The notes beneath the pieces were generated by a model. It saw only the letters and a list, made by a program, of their open reading frames with translations. It did no database searches and was not told the origin of the DNA. A DNA stretch of 64,000 nt from Felis catus (taxonomy: Eukaryota). The DNA is taken from the NCBI RefSeq assembly GCF_018350175.1, contig NC_058368.1, forward strand, positions 19,470,001-19,534,000, given 5' to 3'. A program made the translations under genes and the position numbers. Below are positions 1-13,369 of this stretch, one piece after another. Numbering within the stretch: the stretch's first letter is position 1; the number at the start of each line of letters is the position of its first letter.

Positions 1-517
1 TTCACAGCAAAGTCTGGGTGTTATTTTTACAGGTGGTGAAGATTTTTCTTACTTCCTGTGTTCCTCTTGATAACATAGGGTTGGAGGAGAGCTGAACTTT
101 ATACCCATTTCATAACTTGAAATGTGTAACTATATCACAGACATTTATAAATGTGTGAGTTGACTTACATTTATACCATTAAAAAACACTAAAGTCCTCA
201 AACTTGCAAGAGGGGGCTTGCAAACATAATACAATTTCATCTGTTTGAAGCCAATGAGATAATAAGAAGGAAAACCTAGTTTAAAATAAACAAGCGGAAT
301 AGAAATTTTAACATACCAGTGTGGCTAGTTTACAAAGCACAAAAGTGACTCTCCTACCCATCAGCCATGTGTCGTAAGTCACTAACCTTTTCTGTATCTC
401 CGTTTTCTTGCTGGTACCATGAGGGGTGGGATTAGGTCACCTTCTAACATTCCATGATTTTATAAGAACTCAAATGAAGAAACATTTTTATTTTCAGTAA
501 CACAGTTTCCTCTTCAG

Positions 518-655
518 GTGGCCAAGGGATTGTGACTGAAGGCGTTCCAGAAAATAGGAAACAGTGGCGGCACGAAGTGCCAGGAGCTTTAATGAACGCT
601 TTGGCTGCAGCACGTCTAACAAGTAGCTCATTTTCTGCCAACGAAGGAGAATTGG
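518..655 (+). CDS. NEK5: NEK5 internal coding exon (third-from-last), NIMA-related kinase 5 C-terminal region
   Basis: Acceptor tcttcAG|GT at 516-517; donor TTG G|GTATG at 656; phase 1/1. Encodes GQGIVTEGVPENRKQWRHEVPGALMNALAAARLTSSSFSANEGEL, matching the recalled NEK5 C-terminus (...RKQWRHEAPGTLMSVLAAAHLTSSSFS...). Synteny next to ALG11 agrees. Confidence 0.9.
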
Positions 656-3600
656 GTATGCAGTTTATTTTTAAAAATATAACCAGTCGCCTGAGGAACT
701 TTGTCAGAGACCTGTAAATGTAGAAAGGGGATAAAAATACCTTCAGCCCAGAGAGAGAACTGTAAAGGTCTCAGCCTTTGCAGAAGCTGATTTGCTTTGT
801 CCGAGCCCGTTCCAAATGCTGCTAACAAAAGACTCGAGCTTCTGAGAAAAGTGGGGTAATTTTCTTTAAGGTAATCAGTTGACAACCGGTGAAAATAAGT
901 AAGTAGGGCAAGTGGCTTTGTAGATGATGAGCTGGTCTTGCTTAGCTCTACCTGACAGTATATTTCTGACAGCTATTCAATAGACAGATTATCCTATAGG
1001 CAATGAAAATGCATCATAATAGAGTTTCTTAGCTTTGGGAGGTTTTTTTTTTTTTATTTTGCCTTTATTTTGATTTTTAGCAAGATTATGTTTGTGTTTG
1101 CCTTATGGAAAGCCAACCATCATTTTCAAAAGTTTGAGGCAATTCCTATTTTGGGATTTTGTCTTTGCTCAGGTGTGCAATGCTACAAGGACGTTGCCAT
1201 AGGCAGGCAGGTGCCTCGGCACAGGTGCGAGGTTAGGGACCCTGTGTTTCAGGGCGAGATTGAGGTGGTAAGGAGGCATAGATACAAGCTAGGTATAACA
1301 GAGGCTGATAAAGAACGATGCAAAAATGTGTACAACCTTGAGAATAATGTAAGATAGGCACCTTCCTACCCAAGAGTGAGCCGGCCAGTTTGTGAAGCCT
1401 AAACTTCACAAACTTTGTGAAATCTTTGTGAAAGTTGAGTCTTCAAGAATGTAGAGAAGAAAGAACGTATCACGTGGGAAGGACATACAGGTACACGAGT
1501 CTGTGTCAGGCCCTGAGAAAAGCAGTTTGACTAAAATTTAGGAGAAGTAGAGGGGGCCAGAGTCCCTGAGTGTAAGAAGTCCTTCGAAATCCTTCGCTCT
1601 TACTACCTCTATCAGTTGACACACTGTTGCTTAAAACTTAAGAGAGAGAGGGAGAAAGGGAGAAACTGCCTTTAAGACTCTCTTTCCAGTACTTTCAAAT
1701 TATAAAAAGCAATGTAATTGTCTGTTTGTTTGCTCCCTTCCCTCTGTGCTGGGCTAAAAGCATTGTCCCTGAGGATGGGACTGGAGGCGGTAAGGAGGAA
1801 GCTTTGGGCTGACCTGGTTTGGCCTGGAAGCCAAGGGCTGGGACCCCAGGCCAGGTAGGAAGGATGGTGTTCCTCTTTCAAGACACTGAGGTGGGGACAT
1901 ACTTGGTGGCTATGATGCCTCTGCTTCCATTTGTGCCTGTGATTCTTAGAGAGAGTTATAGAAAACCTTCATTTGGTCTGTCATGCCTAATTAATTAATT
2001 AGTTCATGAACTTCATTTACATAGATGGCTTTACATTGGGCATGTATGAACAACTGATCTATCAAGTGAGATTGGAAATAGGAATTTGGCTCCGCAGGTG
2101 CATTCAAAGCAGAGTGCAGATGTTTTCTTTTGCAACCTGCTCAGGGCGTTGACACGCCTCCCGCCCCAGCTGTGCTCTGAGTGCTGGTGGCCTCTTGACT
2201 TCCTGTCTCTGGTCATCTTTTCTTCCTTCAGCTCAACCGTTTGCACTCCTGCCTGATAATCCTCCTCCTAAAAAAGACCAAATCTCTTTTCAGCTTAAAA
2301 TCCTGCACAAGATTCTCTCTTACCCCCAGAATAAAATCCAGTCTCTTTGTGGACTCTAAGCACCTTAAAGATCAGGTCAGCCTGTTGCAATGCCAAGGTT
2401 TGCTTGCATGTCTCCACCATCATATATTCCTCCCTTGGTTTAGAATGCCTGCCTCTTTGATCAGAATTATACCTCCTGCAAGATTTCCCTCTGATGAACC
2501 TCCTACCATTTCGGTCAGTATGTTTCATCGGCGGTTACCCTTCTCTCCCTTCTTTTCCCTATAGCACCCAATGGGGCTTTTTGTAAAGGGGTCTGGAATA
2601 AAGTCGAACCTTGAATGCTCTTTTGCATGAGTGAGTGGAAGACCCTGTATCTATATTAATATGTTTCTCTTTAATCCAAAAAATTCTACGAAGTCCTCAA
2701 GTTTGTCTACAGTCTCCCCACCTTTTCTCTTAGCTGCTTCTGACAATTTCACATTCATTCGGTCTGACACTTAAATTCATTCACGCTCAAATTATTTGTT
2801 AAACGCATGCAATATTGACCTTTCATCATTATATTTATTGTTTAAATTCATGTCATAAAAAAGATGCTGTCGTGAATTTATTTGCATTTTTATGATTGCT
2901 ATGAAAAACCTGGATCTCAAACTACTGCCTGGGTCCCGCTGACGGGGAGCCACTGCTTTAAATGATTGAGAAAATATCTAAGCATGTTTCCCTTGCCTGC
3001 CTCTAGGTTTGGCTTCCCCGCTTAATACCCCACAAGACACTATAATTGTCTGATCATAAAACTAAAGTTCACTTTAATTTCTTATTCTTACTATCTTCCT
3101 CCCTAGACTATAAGCTTATGAGAGCTTTGTCTTGATTACCACTCTGTGCCTAGAATTTAGTCGATGGCCATAGTCTTTGTGAATGAACATAAAACCACAG
3201 CACAGCTTTAGTATAACTTTATGCAAGGGCATGTAATTACCAATATTTGTATGGCCGTCAAGTTGGAGAGGGAAATTACAATGCGAGAAATAATTCTTAT
3301 GGCTGTATAGAATCTTCATGAAGGCTTTCTGAATGTGTAAGTTTTACTAACTTTGATTGCAGGTATAATAGACACAGTTTATAAAGGCTTGTAAGGATTA
3401 GCTATTGGTCATACATTTAAGCATTTTTCATATACCCTTCATCAGTCTTTAGCTTAAACTTCCAATTTCTTTCATGCTTCTAGCCCTGCATTCCATTAAA
3501 AAAATGAAACTTTATCAACTACATGTTTAATTTATCCTCACTTTAAGATAGCAAGACTTTCATAAAATCCTTTTCAATGACTCTTACTAATAAAAGCTAC

Positions 3601-4279
3601 ACTCTTTAGATGACAAGTACTTTTTTTTTTTTACATGTGCATAATTAATTCAGGTCAGTAATTTTGTTTATCATTTAACCACTCCAAGGGGATCCTTGGT
3701 GGGAAGGTAACCTCCATGTTTCTTGTGTAAATTTTCAGGCCACAGAGTTGCCTTGGTAACATCATGGTTGCACATCCTGATAACAGCTGATTTACATTTC
3801 TACAGTTAGCTATAGTCATTCTTTCTTCTCTCTTGTTAAACAAAAAATAAAAGCCTGCTAAAATTGTCTTCCTAAAACAGGAAACCAAAAACTATGAATC
3901 CCATACCAAGTGGAATATTCAGGCTGCTATTAATCAGCCAGACAACCTCATAGATGATATGTATCAATCAGTTCGTTTATTTTATAGTGCACTTTAGGAA
4001 ACAATATAAGCTATGATTTGGGATGAGACATATTGATTAAAAATAGGTAAATATTTAATTACAGTGTGGTGAAATTTCTACTTGTAGTTATGTACGTGAA
4101 TAGTTTACCAGAGAGAAAAAGCCACACTTTGTTTTTAATTTCACCTTTGGAGAAAAGTTACTATTTCTAATCCCATTTGTTAGCAGTGGGTGGGATTTTT
4201 TCCTGGAGACTAACGTGAAACACTGTTTAGACCCCTAGGAACCAGATGGTTGCAGAGGACATATGGGAGACGTAGGTTA

Positions 4280-4790
4280 TGGTGGGTTCCCAAAATAGGC
4301 ATAGTCCTTCACTCTTCCCTTTATCTGTGCCCTTTTCAATATGACTTTGCAGCTTCTCCATCATTAAATGGCTTTTTTTTCTTTCCCCTTAAATATCAAT
4401 TGGCCTTTGTAATTTGCTTAGGCGGGTAGGATGAGTAGAAGTGGTGGTGTGCCAAATCTGAGTATTCAAGGAACCGCTGCTTTTTTTTTTTTTTTTGGAA
4501 CTCTGTCTATCTCTCAACTCCCTCCAGTTGGCCTGCTGGAAAATGAAGAGACCATGTGGAAAAGAGAGGCAAGCCACCCAAAAGAGGCCACAGTAGGCCA
4601 GCCAGCCTCCAGCTGGCCTGGCAAGTGACCGCACATGCATGATTGGGCTCAACCAAGACCAGAAGAGCCAGCCAGCGAAGCCCAGTCCGAGCTGCCTAAC
4701 GGCAGGGTAGTGGCCTAAATAAATGGTTACTGTTTTAAACCACTAAGTTACGTGGTGGTTTATTCTGGAAAAGCTAACTAATGTAGACAT
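4280..4790 (+). mobile_element. MaLR (MLT1-type) LTR remnant
   Basis: MLT1-like 3' end 'ttttaaaccactaagttacgtggtggtttattc...gctaactaat'; boundaries approximate. Confidence 0.6.
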
Positions 4791-4959
4791 GTATAACAAA
4801 ATTCCCAAAGTGGGAGTCAAACGGAGGCTAAGACTTTATAGTTTTAAAGCCAGCTTAGGAAGCCAGCATTTTAAATTTTTGTGTAAACCATTTTAGTGTT
4901 TTAGATTTTAAGAAAATGTCTCAACATTGCTATTGATCGCACCAAGGTTGAAGTTATGC

Positions 4960-5778
4960 AGGAAAAAAGCCTAGACATCAATGATAAGCATATGAAAAGA
5001 TGCTCAACATCACTCATCATCAGGGAAATTCAAATAAAAACCACACAGAGATATCATTTCACATCTGTTAGGATGACTGCTAGCCAAACAACAACAACAA
5101 CAACAAAAACAACAACAACAACAAAAAACAGAAAATAAGTGTTGATGCGAAATAATTAGAACCCTTATGCACTATTGGTGAGATTGTAAAATAGTGCAGC
5201 CATAATAAAAAGCATATGGAGGTTCCTAAACAAAATTTAAATAGATTTTCCATATAATGCAGCAAGTCCTCTTGTGGGTGTATGTCCAAAAGAACGAAGA
5301 GATATTTTTGCACATCCATGTTCATTGTAGCAGTATTCACTGTAGTCAAGATGTGGGAGCAACCTGGAATGTCCATCAGTGGATGAATGGGTAAGGAGAA
5401 TGGGGCATATTCATAGCATAGAATATTATTCAGCCATAAAAAGGAAAGAAAGAAATCACGTCGTATGCTACAACATGGGTGAAACTTGAGGACAGTATGC
5501 TAAGTGAAATAAGCCAGTCACAAAAAGACAAACACTGAATGAGTCCACTTGTATGAGGTGTTTAGAGAAGTCAAACTCTTAGAAACAAAGTAGAATCGTG
5601 ATTTCCAGGGGCAGGGGAGAGGGAGAATGGGGACTTGTTTAGAGTTTCAGCCATGCAAGATGAAAAAGTTCTAGAAATCTCTTATACAGCAGTGTGCATA
5701 TAGTTAACAATACTGTACACTTAAAACTTGTTAAGAGGGTAAATTTATGTTACGTGCTTCTTATCATAGTTTAGAAAA
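4960..5778 (+). mobile_element. LINE-1 3' fragment (end of ORF2 + 3'UTR, L1MA/MB-like)
   Basis: HMKRCSTSLIIREIQIKTT ORF2 C-terminal motif; typical L1 3'UTR (atgctaagtgaaataagccagtcacaaaaagacaaa). Confidence 0.85.
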
Positions 5779-6282
5779 CACAGACATTAATGAAAGAATT
5801 ATTCAGAATATCTTAATTGTCTCCTAAATCATTTTATTATGGTATCTCTGAATCAGGATCCAAAAATTTTGATTGATAATATAAAAAAATAATTCAGAGG
5901 AGTAATACTCTGAATGTGAGGCATTTTAATTATATGTTATTCAATTTTTTTAACTTATATTTTCCTCTTTAGGAATATACAAGACTGATACAATATTTAA
6001 AATGTATGCTTAGAAAGGACTAAAAGTTCTTATAATAGTTTATGTTTATAAAATATAAATTCTAAGGGCTAAGGAATCATTTTGTCATTTTGTCAGTAAC
6101 ATTTTCTTTGCTATTGGTGTGTAAAATAACAATGCATCTTACAATCAGTGGGTGAAGAATAGTGTGATCCAATAAAGATGGCAAATCTTAAGTTTTTACA
6201 ACAGAAGATTTTCTTAAATTTTCTATACAATCAAAGCATCTATCTCCAAAGTGGGAGTATTTTGTCTTTTCATCTCTCTCTC

Positions 6283-6473
6283 TTTTTTAAGTTTATTTAT
6301 TTTGAGAGAGGAGGGGAAGTGGGACAGAGAGAGAGGAAGAAAGAGAATCCCAAGCAAGCTCCGAGCTATCAGGGAAGAGTTGGACACGGGGTTCAACCCC
6401 ACAACCGTGGTATCACAACCTGAGCCGAAATCAAGAGTTGGACACTTAACTGACTGAGCCACCCAGGCGCCCC
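6283..6473 (-). mobile_element. CanSINE (SINEC)
   Basis: Reverse complement of ggggcgcctgggtggctcagtc head and A-tail; TSD about ttgtct(t/c)ttcatctct. Confidence 0.9.
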
Positions 6474-6709
6474 TTGTCTCTTCATCTCTGATCCTGATTC
6501 CTCTCACTTCTCTTTCTGGTCTTGTGTTGCCTACCACCTTCAGACAATGTGCGATTGTTGGGATGTCGTCATTCCTGTCATATTCTCTGATTTAATGGAA
6601 ATGATTCAAAGGCTTTACCTTTATGGTTGATGTTCAATACAGGATTTGGGTATACCCCTCATTGGGTATATAGGCTGGGATGTTTTAATCTCTCTTATTT
6701 CTTTAACAG

Positions 6710-6815
6710 TGGGAACATTAAAACAGTGGCTTCCTAGAGAAGATGAGGGAAATGTGGGAATGGTCCCTGGCATTGAAGTAGATGAGGAGCAACCAAGATC
6801 GGACGATGATGATAC
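6710..6815 (+). CDS. NEK5: NEK5 penultimate coding exon
   Basis: Acceptor tctcttatttctttaacAG at 6708-6709; donor AC|GTAAGT at 6816; 106 nt, phase 1/2, in frame with both neighbours. Encodes (V)GTLKQWLPREDEGNVGMVPGIEVDEEQPRSDDDD(T). Confidence 0.9.
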
Positions 6816-6919
6816 GTAAGTAGGTCCTATCCAGATGCCTGAGTGAAGCGCTGGTAGAAAGTGAAAATGCTGTTGTTGAGACTTGAACAATAGTCTCAGA
6901 GACCTAGCTAAGGAGACCA

Positions 6920-8720
6920 AGTTTTACTATACATGTGGGTTTGTTTCCAGGCTCTCTGTTCTTTTCCAATGGCATTGTTTCCTATCTCTGCAGGAGTGAT
7001 GTTCTGTCTTAAATTACTGTGCATTTACCATATCTCTTGGTATGTGGTAGGACTAGTTTCATACCTTCTTGTCTCCATATCTTTTTCTTCAAAGTTATCT
7101 TAGCTATTGTTGCCTTAAGATATACTTAACACATACATCTTTGCATTTTATTGTAAAGTGTCATGAAAAGCTTTGTTGGGATTTTGATGAGAATGACATT
7201 ACATTTGTTGAGTAATTTATAGGATTTGACATCTTTATGACCATAAATCTGAACATCCATGAATATAGTATAGCTTGCATCTTTTTATGTCTTTTCATAA
7301 AATATCCTTCAGCATTTTTGTAGTCTTATTCACAACATATAGGTACCACCTAACTTTTTTGTTGTTGCTGTTGTCATTATTAAGGGGGTCATTTTTCTTT
7401 TACTGTGTTTCACCTTGGCTACCATGAGTGCATAGAACACTATTGATGTTGTATCCTGTAACCTTACTGAATTCTCTTATTAGTTCTAAAACTTGGAGTC
7501 TTTTGAATTAAAAAAATTTTATCATGTACTTTTTAAAAAATTTAATTTTTTAAAATTTACATAGGTAATATAGTCACATGGCTCCAAATTCAGAGGTTAA
7601 ACTTTGTCATAGTCTTCCTGCTATGACAATTCCTCTTCCCAGAGGCATTAAATATGCCTCATGTGCACACCTCCCCTGAGGAATTGCATTAAACTGTAAG
7701 TCAATATGTGTATCTTGTGTATGTGTGTATTCTTTTTCTTTTTTGTACGAAGTTTCATAGTGCACATACTCTCTTGCAACTTCCTTTTATCACTTAACAC
7801 TGTAGCTTGAATACGTATCATAATGTACAAATAGTAATTTACATACTATTTGTATGTACATTTGTAATTGAATATTGTCAGATTGCCCTTCACAGAAGTT
7901 AACACCTATGAACACTTCCACTGACAGAGTACAAGAGTGCCTGTGACCTTGTACATTTTCTTGTTTAGTGTGTTACCAAACTTAAGGACGATTGCACAAC
8001 TGATAGGTTAAAAAGTGACATTTAAGGTTATGTTTAATTAGCATTTCTCTTCTGAGTAAGGTTGTCTTTCCAAATGCTTAAGAACCATCTTTATTTCTTC
8101 ATTGGAGACAATTATTCATAGCCTTAGCCATTTAAAAAATTAGGCTACTAACATTGTATTGATTTGGGGAACCTTGTGTATTTTAAGGAGATTAATGTTT
8201 TATCTATAATATGGCTCTAGAATATTTTCCCCAGTTTTTTGTTTGCATTTTGATTTTATTTATAGTGGCTCATGATGTAGAAATTTCTTATTTTTTATCT
8301 AATTAGGTTTACCAATTCTTTCATAAGAAATGATACCAGAATTTTTAAGTACTTTTATGATTTAATTTTCTGTTTAAATATTTTAATCCTCTTGGATTTC
8401 ACTCATATTACACTGCAAAGTGTGGCTCTAACTTTATTTTTTTCCAAATAACTTCTTCCTTACTCCAACACCATTTATTGAAAATCTTTATTTTTGCTAC
8501 CAATTTAAAATGTGACTTCTATGATGTGCTACATTTTTATATGTGCTTGCACCCAATTCTTATTCTTGCTAGTCTAATTATTATATTATAAACATATTCA
8601 TAATATGAATTATTATTTTGGAGCGCTAGTTCCCTTAAATACTTTGCTTTTGTCAGTATTTTTCTATCTAGTTTTGCTTGTTTATTTTTCCATACGAACA
8701 TTAGAATCAACTTGTCTAGC
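6920..8720 (-). mobile_element. Old fragmented LINE-1 (L1M) remnants
   Basis: Antisense L1 ORF2/3'UTR-like, T-rich stretches (ttgttgggattttgatgagaatgacatt; ccaacaccatttattgaaaa); boundaries approximate. Confidence 0.6.
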
Positions 8721-8789
8721 AAGTAAAGGAGGGCAGGAAGGAAGGGAGGAGAGAATTTTCTCAGCCTGCTTCCTGGCAGTAGAATTTTA

Positions 8790-9055
8790 GGGTCCAGCCA
8801 TTTCTTTTCAATTAGGATTGTCTGTGTCCCTTTTGGTTCAACCTGGCTATGTTTCTGCATATATATTTCTTTCAAAAATCACGTAGGTTTCTGCAAATCT
8901 TACTGGGATTCACTTCATTAGACAAAAGCCAGTTCCACAGATCTTTTTTACATAAGTGCTTCCCTGTCTTGAGCTTTTGCTTAGATTCTGAGGGACAACA
9001 CCCTGAGGCTCCGTGGAAACCCTTCCGTTTGAGAATGATTTTGAGATTCTTCCAC
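8790..9055 (-). mobile_element. Probable ERV-L gag relic
   Basis: Minus strand reads KKDLWNWLLSNEVNPSKI, then in a shifted frame KPT*FLKEIYMQK. This resembles the recalled ERV-L gag motif DLWxWLxxxGVxxxEIDxKPTxFLLxLYKQK. Confidence 0.45.
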
Positions 9056-9107
9056 AATGACATGTGTATCAATTAGCCACTTCTTTTTATTGTTAGGTAC
9101 TATTCCA

Positions 9108-9420
9108 TTATATAGAATATATATAATTCTCTCTATATAATATATATATAGAATATATATATAATTATATATATATAAATATATATATAGAATATATATA
9201 TAGATATATATAGATATATAGATATATAGATATATATAGAATATATAGATATATATATAGAATATATATATAGAATATATATATATAGAATTCTATATAT
9301 ATAAATATATATAATATATATATAGAATTATATATATATAATATAAAAAATATATAAAATACATAAAATATATATTATATATAATATATAATATATAATA
9401 TATAACATAATATATATATT
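9108..9420. repeat. (TA)-rich low-complexity/microsatellite tract, about 310 bp
   Basis: Almost pure A/T with atatatag / tagaat units. Confidence 0.95.
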
Positions 9421-9745
9421 ACCACAATTTAGTAATACATTCACCTAACAATTGATGTTTGGATTATTTCTAGTTTTGGGCTATTATAAATAAAGCTGCT
9501 ATGAATATTTATGTACATGTCTTTGCGTGGACATAAATTCCATTTCTCATGAGTAAAACTGTAGGAGTGGAATGACTGAGTTGTTTGGTAGGTGAATGTT
9601 TAACTTCTTAAAAAACTGCCAAACTATTTTCCAAAGTGGTTGTGCCATTTTACATCCCCCTGTTGAATGGTGTATAAGATTTCTAGTTGCTCTACATCTT
9701 TATCAATACTTGGCATGATCAATTTTTAAAAATTTAACCAATCTT

Positions 9746-9978
9746 GGGCACCTGGGTGGCCTAGTCGGTTTCGGCTCTTGGTTTCGGCTCAGGTCATGAT
9801 CTCATGTGTTTGTGTGTTCCAGCCCCGCGTCGGGCTCTGTGCTGGCAGCCTGAGGCTTGCTTGGGATTCTCTCTCTCCCTCTCTCTCTGCCCCTCCCTCC
9901 CTCACACTGTCTCTGTCTCTCTCAAATAAGTAAATAAACTTTAAAAATAATAAAAAAAAATAAAAGTAAGATAAAAAT
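9746..9978 (+). mobile_element. CanSINE inserted in an antisense L1 remnant
   Basis: SINEC head, (CT)n and A-tail; TSD aaaaatttaaccaatct. Confidence 0.9.
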
Positions 9979-11005
9979 AAAAATTTAACCAATCTAATGG
10001 GTATGTGTGGTGTCTATGTAGTTTCTGAGTTACAGGCATTATTTATATAGCCTTGCTACCAGTTCTTTGTTAGATATATATATTTTACCAATATATATTG
10101 GCCAGTATTTTGCCAAGATTTCTGTCTGGGATTTCTTGTTATGGTATGATTCAGGTTTGAAGTTTCTGACTAATGCATTTTTTAATCACTTTCAAAAATC
10201 AGCGTTTCCAATTTATTTGCATTTTGGACAGAGACCATCATCTGAGTTTTAGTGGTTTGGAAAAGTTTATTGGGACTCCCTTTGCTATTCAGTATAGTAT
10301 TAATTTTATGACAGTTATATATGTACTTGAAAAAAATGCATATTCTTACTATTCTGGGGGTACATATGTTCTATATAATTATCAAGCTTAAAACATTTTT
10401 TCGTTAAACTACTCTATGGATTTTATTTCCCCTTTATCACTTCTAGATAGAAGTACATTTAAATCTTCAGCTGTGTTTGTGGCTTTGATCATTTCTCCTC
10501 ATATTTCTATCTCCTTTCAATGTACTTTAAATATATAGAAGCTGTGTTCTAATTTATGATTGTAATATCAGTTTGATAGAGTATCCCCCCCTTTTTACAT
10601 CATGTATTGTAATTTTTGTCCCTATTAAAGCTGTTTGCCTTAAATTCTATTTTGTCGGATACTGACATTGCTATTCCAACTTTTAAGTTACTTTATTTAA
10701 CTTTTAAGTATTTTTCTGACATGAATTTTTTTAATTTTTATAATTTCCATATGGTTTCATTATAATGTGTTTCTTATAAAATGCATGTAGTTGGTTGATT
10801 TGCTTCTTGTCCTGTAATAACCTCTGTCTCTTAATTTAATATAATAAAAATCATTAGAATTATTGACATATTTGGGGTTCACTCTATATTTTAAGCTTGA
10901 TTTTGTATTTTCTGTTATCGTTTGTCATTTCCTTCCCCTCCTGTTTTCTAACCTTATGTTACAATCACAAACTTTTCTGTATTACTCCTGTTTTCTCTGT
11001 ACTAG

Positions 11006-11237
11006 TTTTTTTTTTTTTTTTTAATTTTTTTTTTCAATGTTTATTTATTTTTGGGACAGAGAGAGACAGAGCATGAACGGGGGAGGGGCAGAGAGAGAGG
11101 GAGACACAGAATCGGAAACAGGCTCCAGGCTCTGAGCCATCAGCCCAGAGCCCGACGTGGGGCTCAAACTCACGGGCCGCGAGATCGTGACCTGGCTGAA
11201 GTCGGACGCTTAACCGACTGCGCCACCCAGGCGCCCC
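11006..11237 (-). mobile_element. Young feliform SINE (SINEC_Fc)
   Basis: Near-consensus sequence; TSD tctctgtactagttt. Confidence 0.95.
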
Positions 11238-12296
11238 TCTCTGTACTAGTTTTAAAGATACAGATTATATTTCTATTCTTTATTTAATAGCTAGCTTTTA
11301 TGTACTTCCTACAGATTTATCTAACAAATTCAGAAGTTGTTCAGTTATCTTTTTTTCTTCCCAAATATGACAAACACCTTTAACCGCTAAAACCCTTCCA
11401 TTCTAATATTGTTATCTAGGGTTACAATTTTACTTAAAAAACATTTTTTTTATTGTGGAAAACTTCAAACATAGTGAAAGTATAGAGAACAGCATAATGA
11501 ACCCTCTTGTATTCACCATCTTTACTGCCTGCCCCCCGTACCCCTACACTTTTTTTTTAAGGTTTGGAACATTTTAAGTCTGAGACATCAAGTCATGTAA
11601 TCCAATTTTACCCTTTTTTTTTGATGAAATATATATATTTTACTCTCAAACCTAACTCAGTTTGCCATTATAATTTATCATTCTTTGAATTTGCCATGGT
11701 TTTTTCTAGTCTGTGCTTTTCTTCCTATTTCAGTTTTCTTCTTGCTGATGTATATTCTCCAATAATTCTTTAAGATAATATTCTCTAATAATTCGGTGGG
11801 TGGTAAATTTTGGATATGTTTGCATATCCAAAATTATTTTATTGCTTTATTTATAATTCAGCTGGGTATACAATTTTAGGTTGACAATGGTTTTTCTCTT
11901 GATCTTTATTATTGTTGATGAGAAATATGCTGATTGTTTTTCCTTTATAGATAATGCTCACTTTCTCCCCAGCATGTTCTTAATTTTCTTTTTATCTTTG
12001 TGTTCTTATGTTTCACTGTTATATGTCTGGGTCTGGATTTCTCTTTTATCCTGCTTGGCTCACTTTTTTGTGAGGACCTATGACTGTCTTTAGTTCTGGA
12101 ACATTTTTACTTACTACTTTTCCAAATGTTTTTCTTATTCCCTCCATTGTGGCCCTCAAAACAGGTATGTTTTGGAGCTTCTCAATCTGTCCCCAGTAAC
12201 ATCTAATTGTACTTTTGTATTTTTTATTCATCTCTGTTCCATTCTGGGTGAATTCTTGAACACTATTTTCAAACCTTTCTGGGTATCATCTATTAA

Positions 12297-12502
12297 TTTT
12301 TTTTTTTTAGTTTATTTATTTTGAGAGAGAGAGAGCATGAGCAGGGAAGGGGCAGGGAGAGAGGGAGAGAGAGAATCCCAAGCAGGCTCCATACTGTTGG
12401 CACAGAGCCTGATGTGGGGCTCAAACTCATGGACCATGAGATCATGACCTGAGTCAAAACAAAGAGTTGGACACTTAAACAACTGAGCCACCCAGGTGCC
12501 CC
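12297..12502 (-). mobile_element. CanSINE
   Basis: SINEC body; TSD atcatctattaa. Confidence 0.9.
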
Positions 12503-13166
12503 ATCATCTATTAAGTTTTTAATTTAAATGATTATGTATCTCTAAGATTCATAATTGTTTATATATTTATGTGTTGTTTAATTATTGCATAATTATTTCC
12601 CCTAATTTGAAAACATTTTAAAATGGATGCTGTGCTTTAATTTCTTTTTGAGCATACTTACTTTAAGAGCATTATAAAAATCCTCCATAAAAGTAATAAA
12701 TCTGGACTTAACCCATGCTCCAACTTTAAATAAAATTTCTTGCCTATTTTTCTTACCATTAGATTTATTCATGTGTTTTGGAATTTTAGTTTATAGGCTT
12801 ATTTTGTTTTAGAAGTTTCATTTTGAAGTTTTGTTTTTTAAATTTTCTTTCTTCCCTTTCTGTCTCTGTGCTCCTCCTGTGTATCTGCCCTGCACGCTCT
12901 CCCCCTATCCACCTCACTGTTGTCATGTGACCACGCCTCCTACCTCACAGAGATAGCACGTGGTTTGTAAGTGGAACGGTCTTGATTGTCTAGTTCCATA
13001 ACTGCTCTCTGTCCACAGAAGTCCTCATTGCCTTCTCTCTCCCTATCTTCCTTCTCAGACAAAAAAACTGTTTCCCTTCCTGCTGAAAGCACATCCTGGC
13101 ATGGGTACTCTGAATCCCAGCCTTTTTTCAGAGAACTTGTTCCTGTCTGTTATCTGTCTTTCTCCC

Positions 13167-13369
13167 TTTTTTCTTTTTTTTTTTTTTTTAGAGAGAGAGA
13201 GACAGATTGTGAGTGGGGCAGAGACAGAGCGGGGGAGAGAGAGAATATTAAGCAGGCTCCATGGTCAGCATGGAGTCCAATGCAGGGCTCTATCCCATGA
13301 CCCTGGGAACATGACCTGAGCCAAAATTAAGAGTTGGGTGCTCAACTGACTGAGCCACACAGATGCCCC
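13167..13369 (-). mobile_element. CanSINE
   Basis: T-tail, (GA)n, catgacctgagcc...actgagccac. Confidence 0.85.

Noticed and set aside
491..497. Alternative upstream NEK5 acceptor ttttcAG at 496-497
   Set aside because: It would change the phase relative to the 518 acceptor, which fits the recalled protein.
11051..11287. Recurrent ORFs such as MGQRETEHERGRGRERGRHRIGNRLQ (also about 31000, 32500, 41000, 54600)
   Set aside because: Translations of SINEC_Fc copies, not genes.
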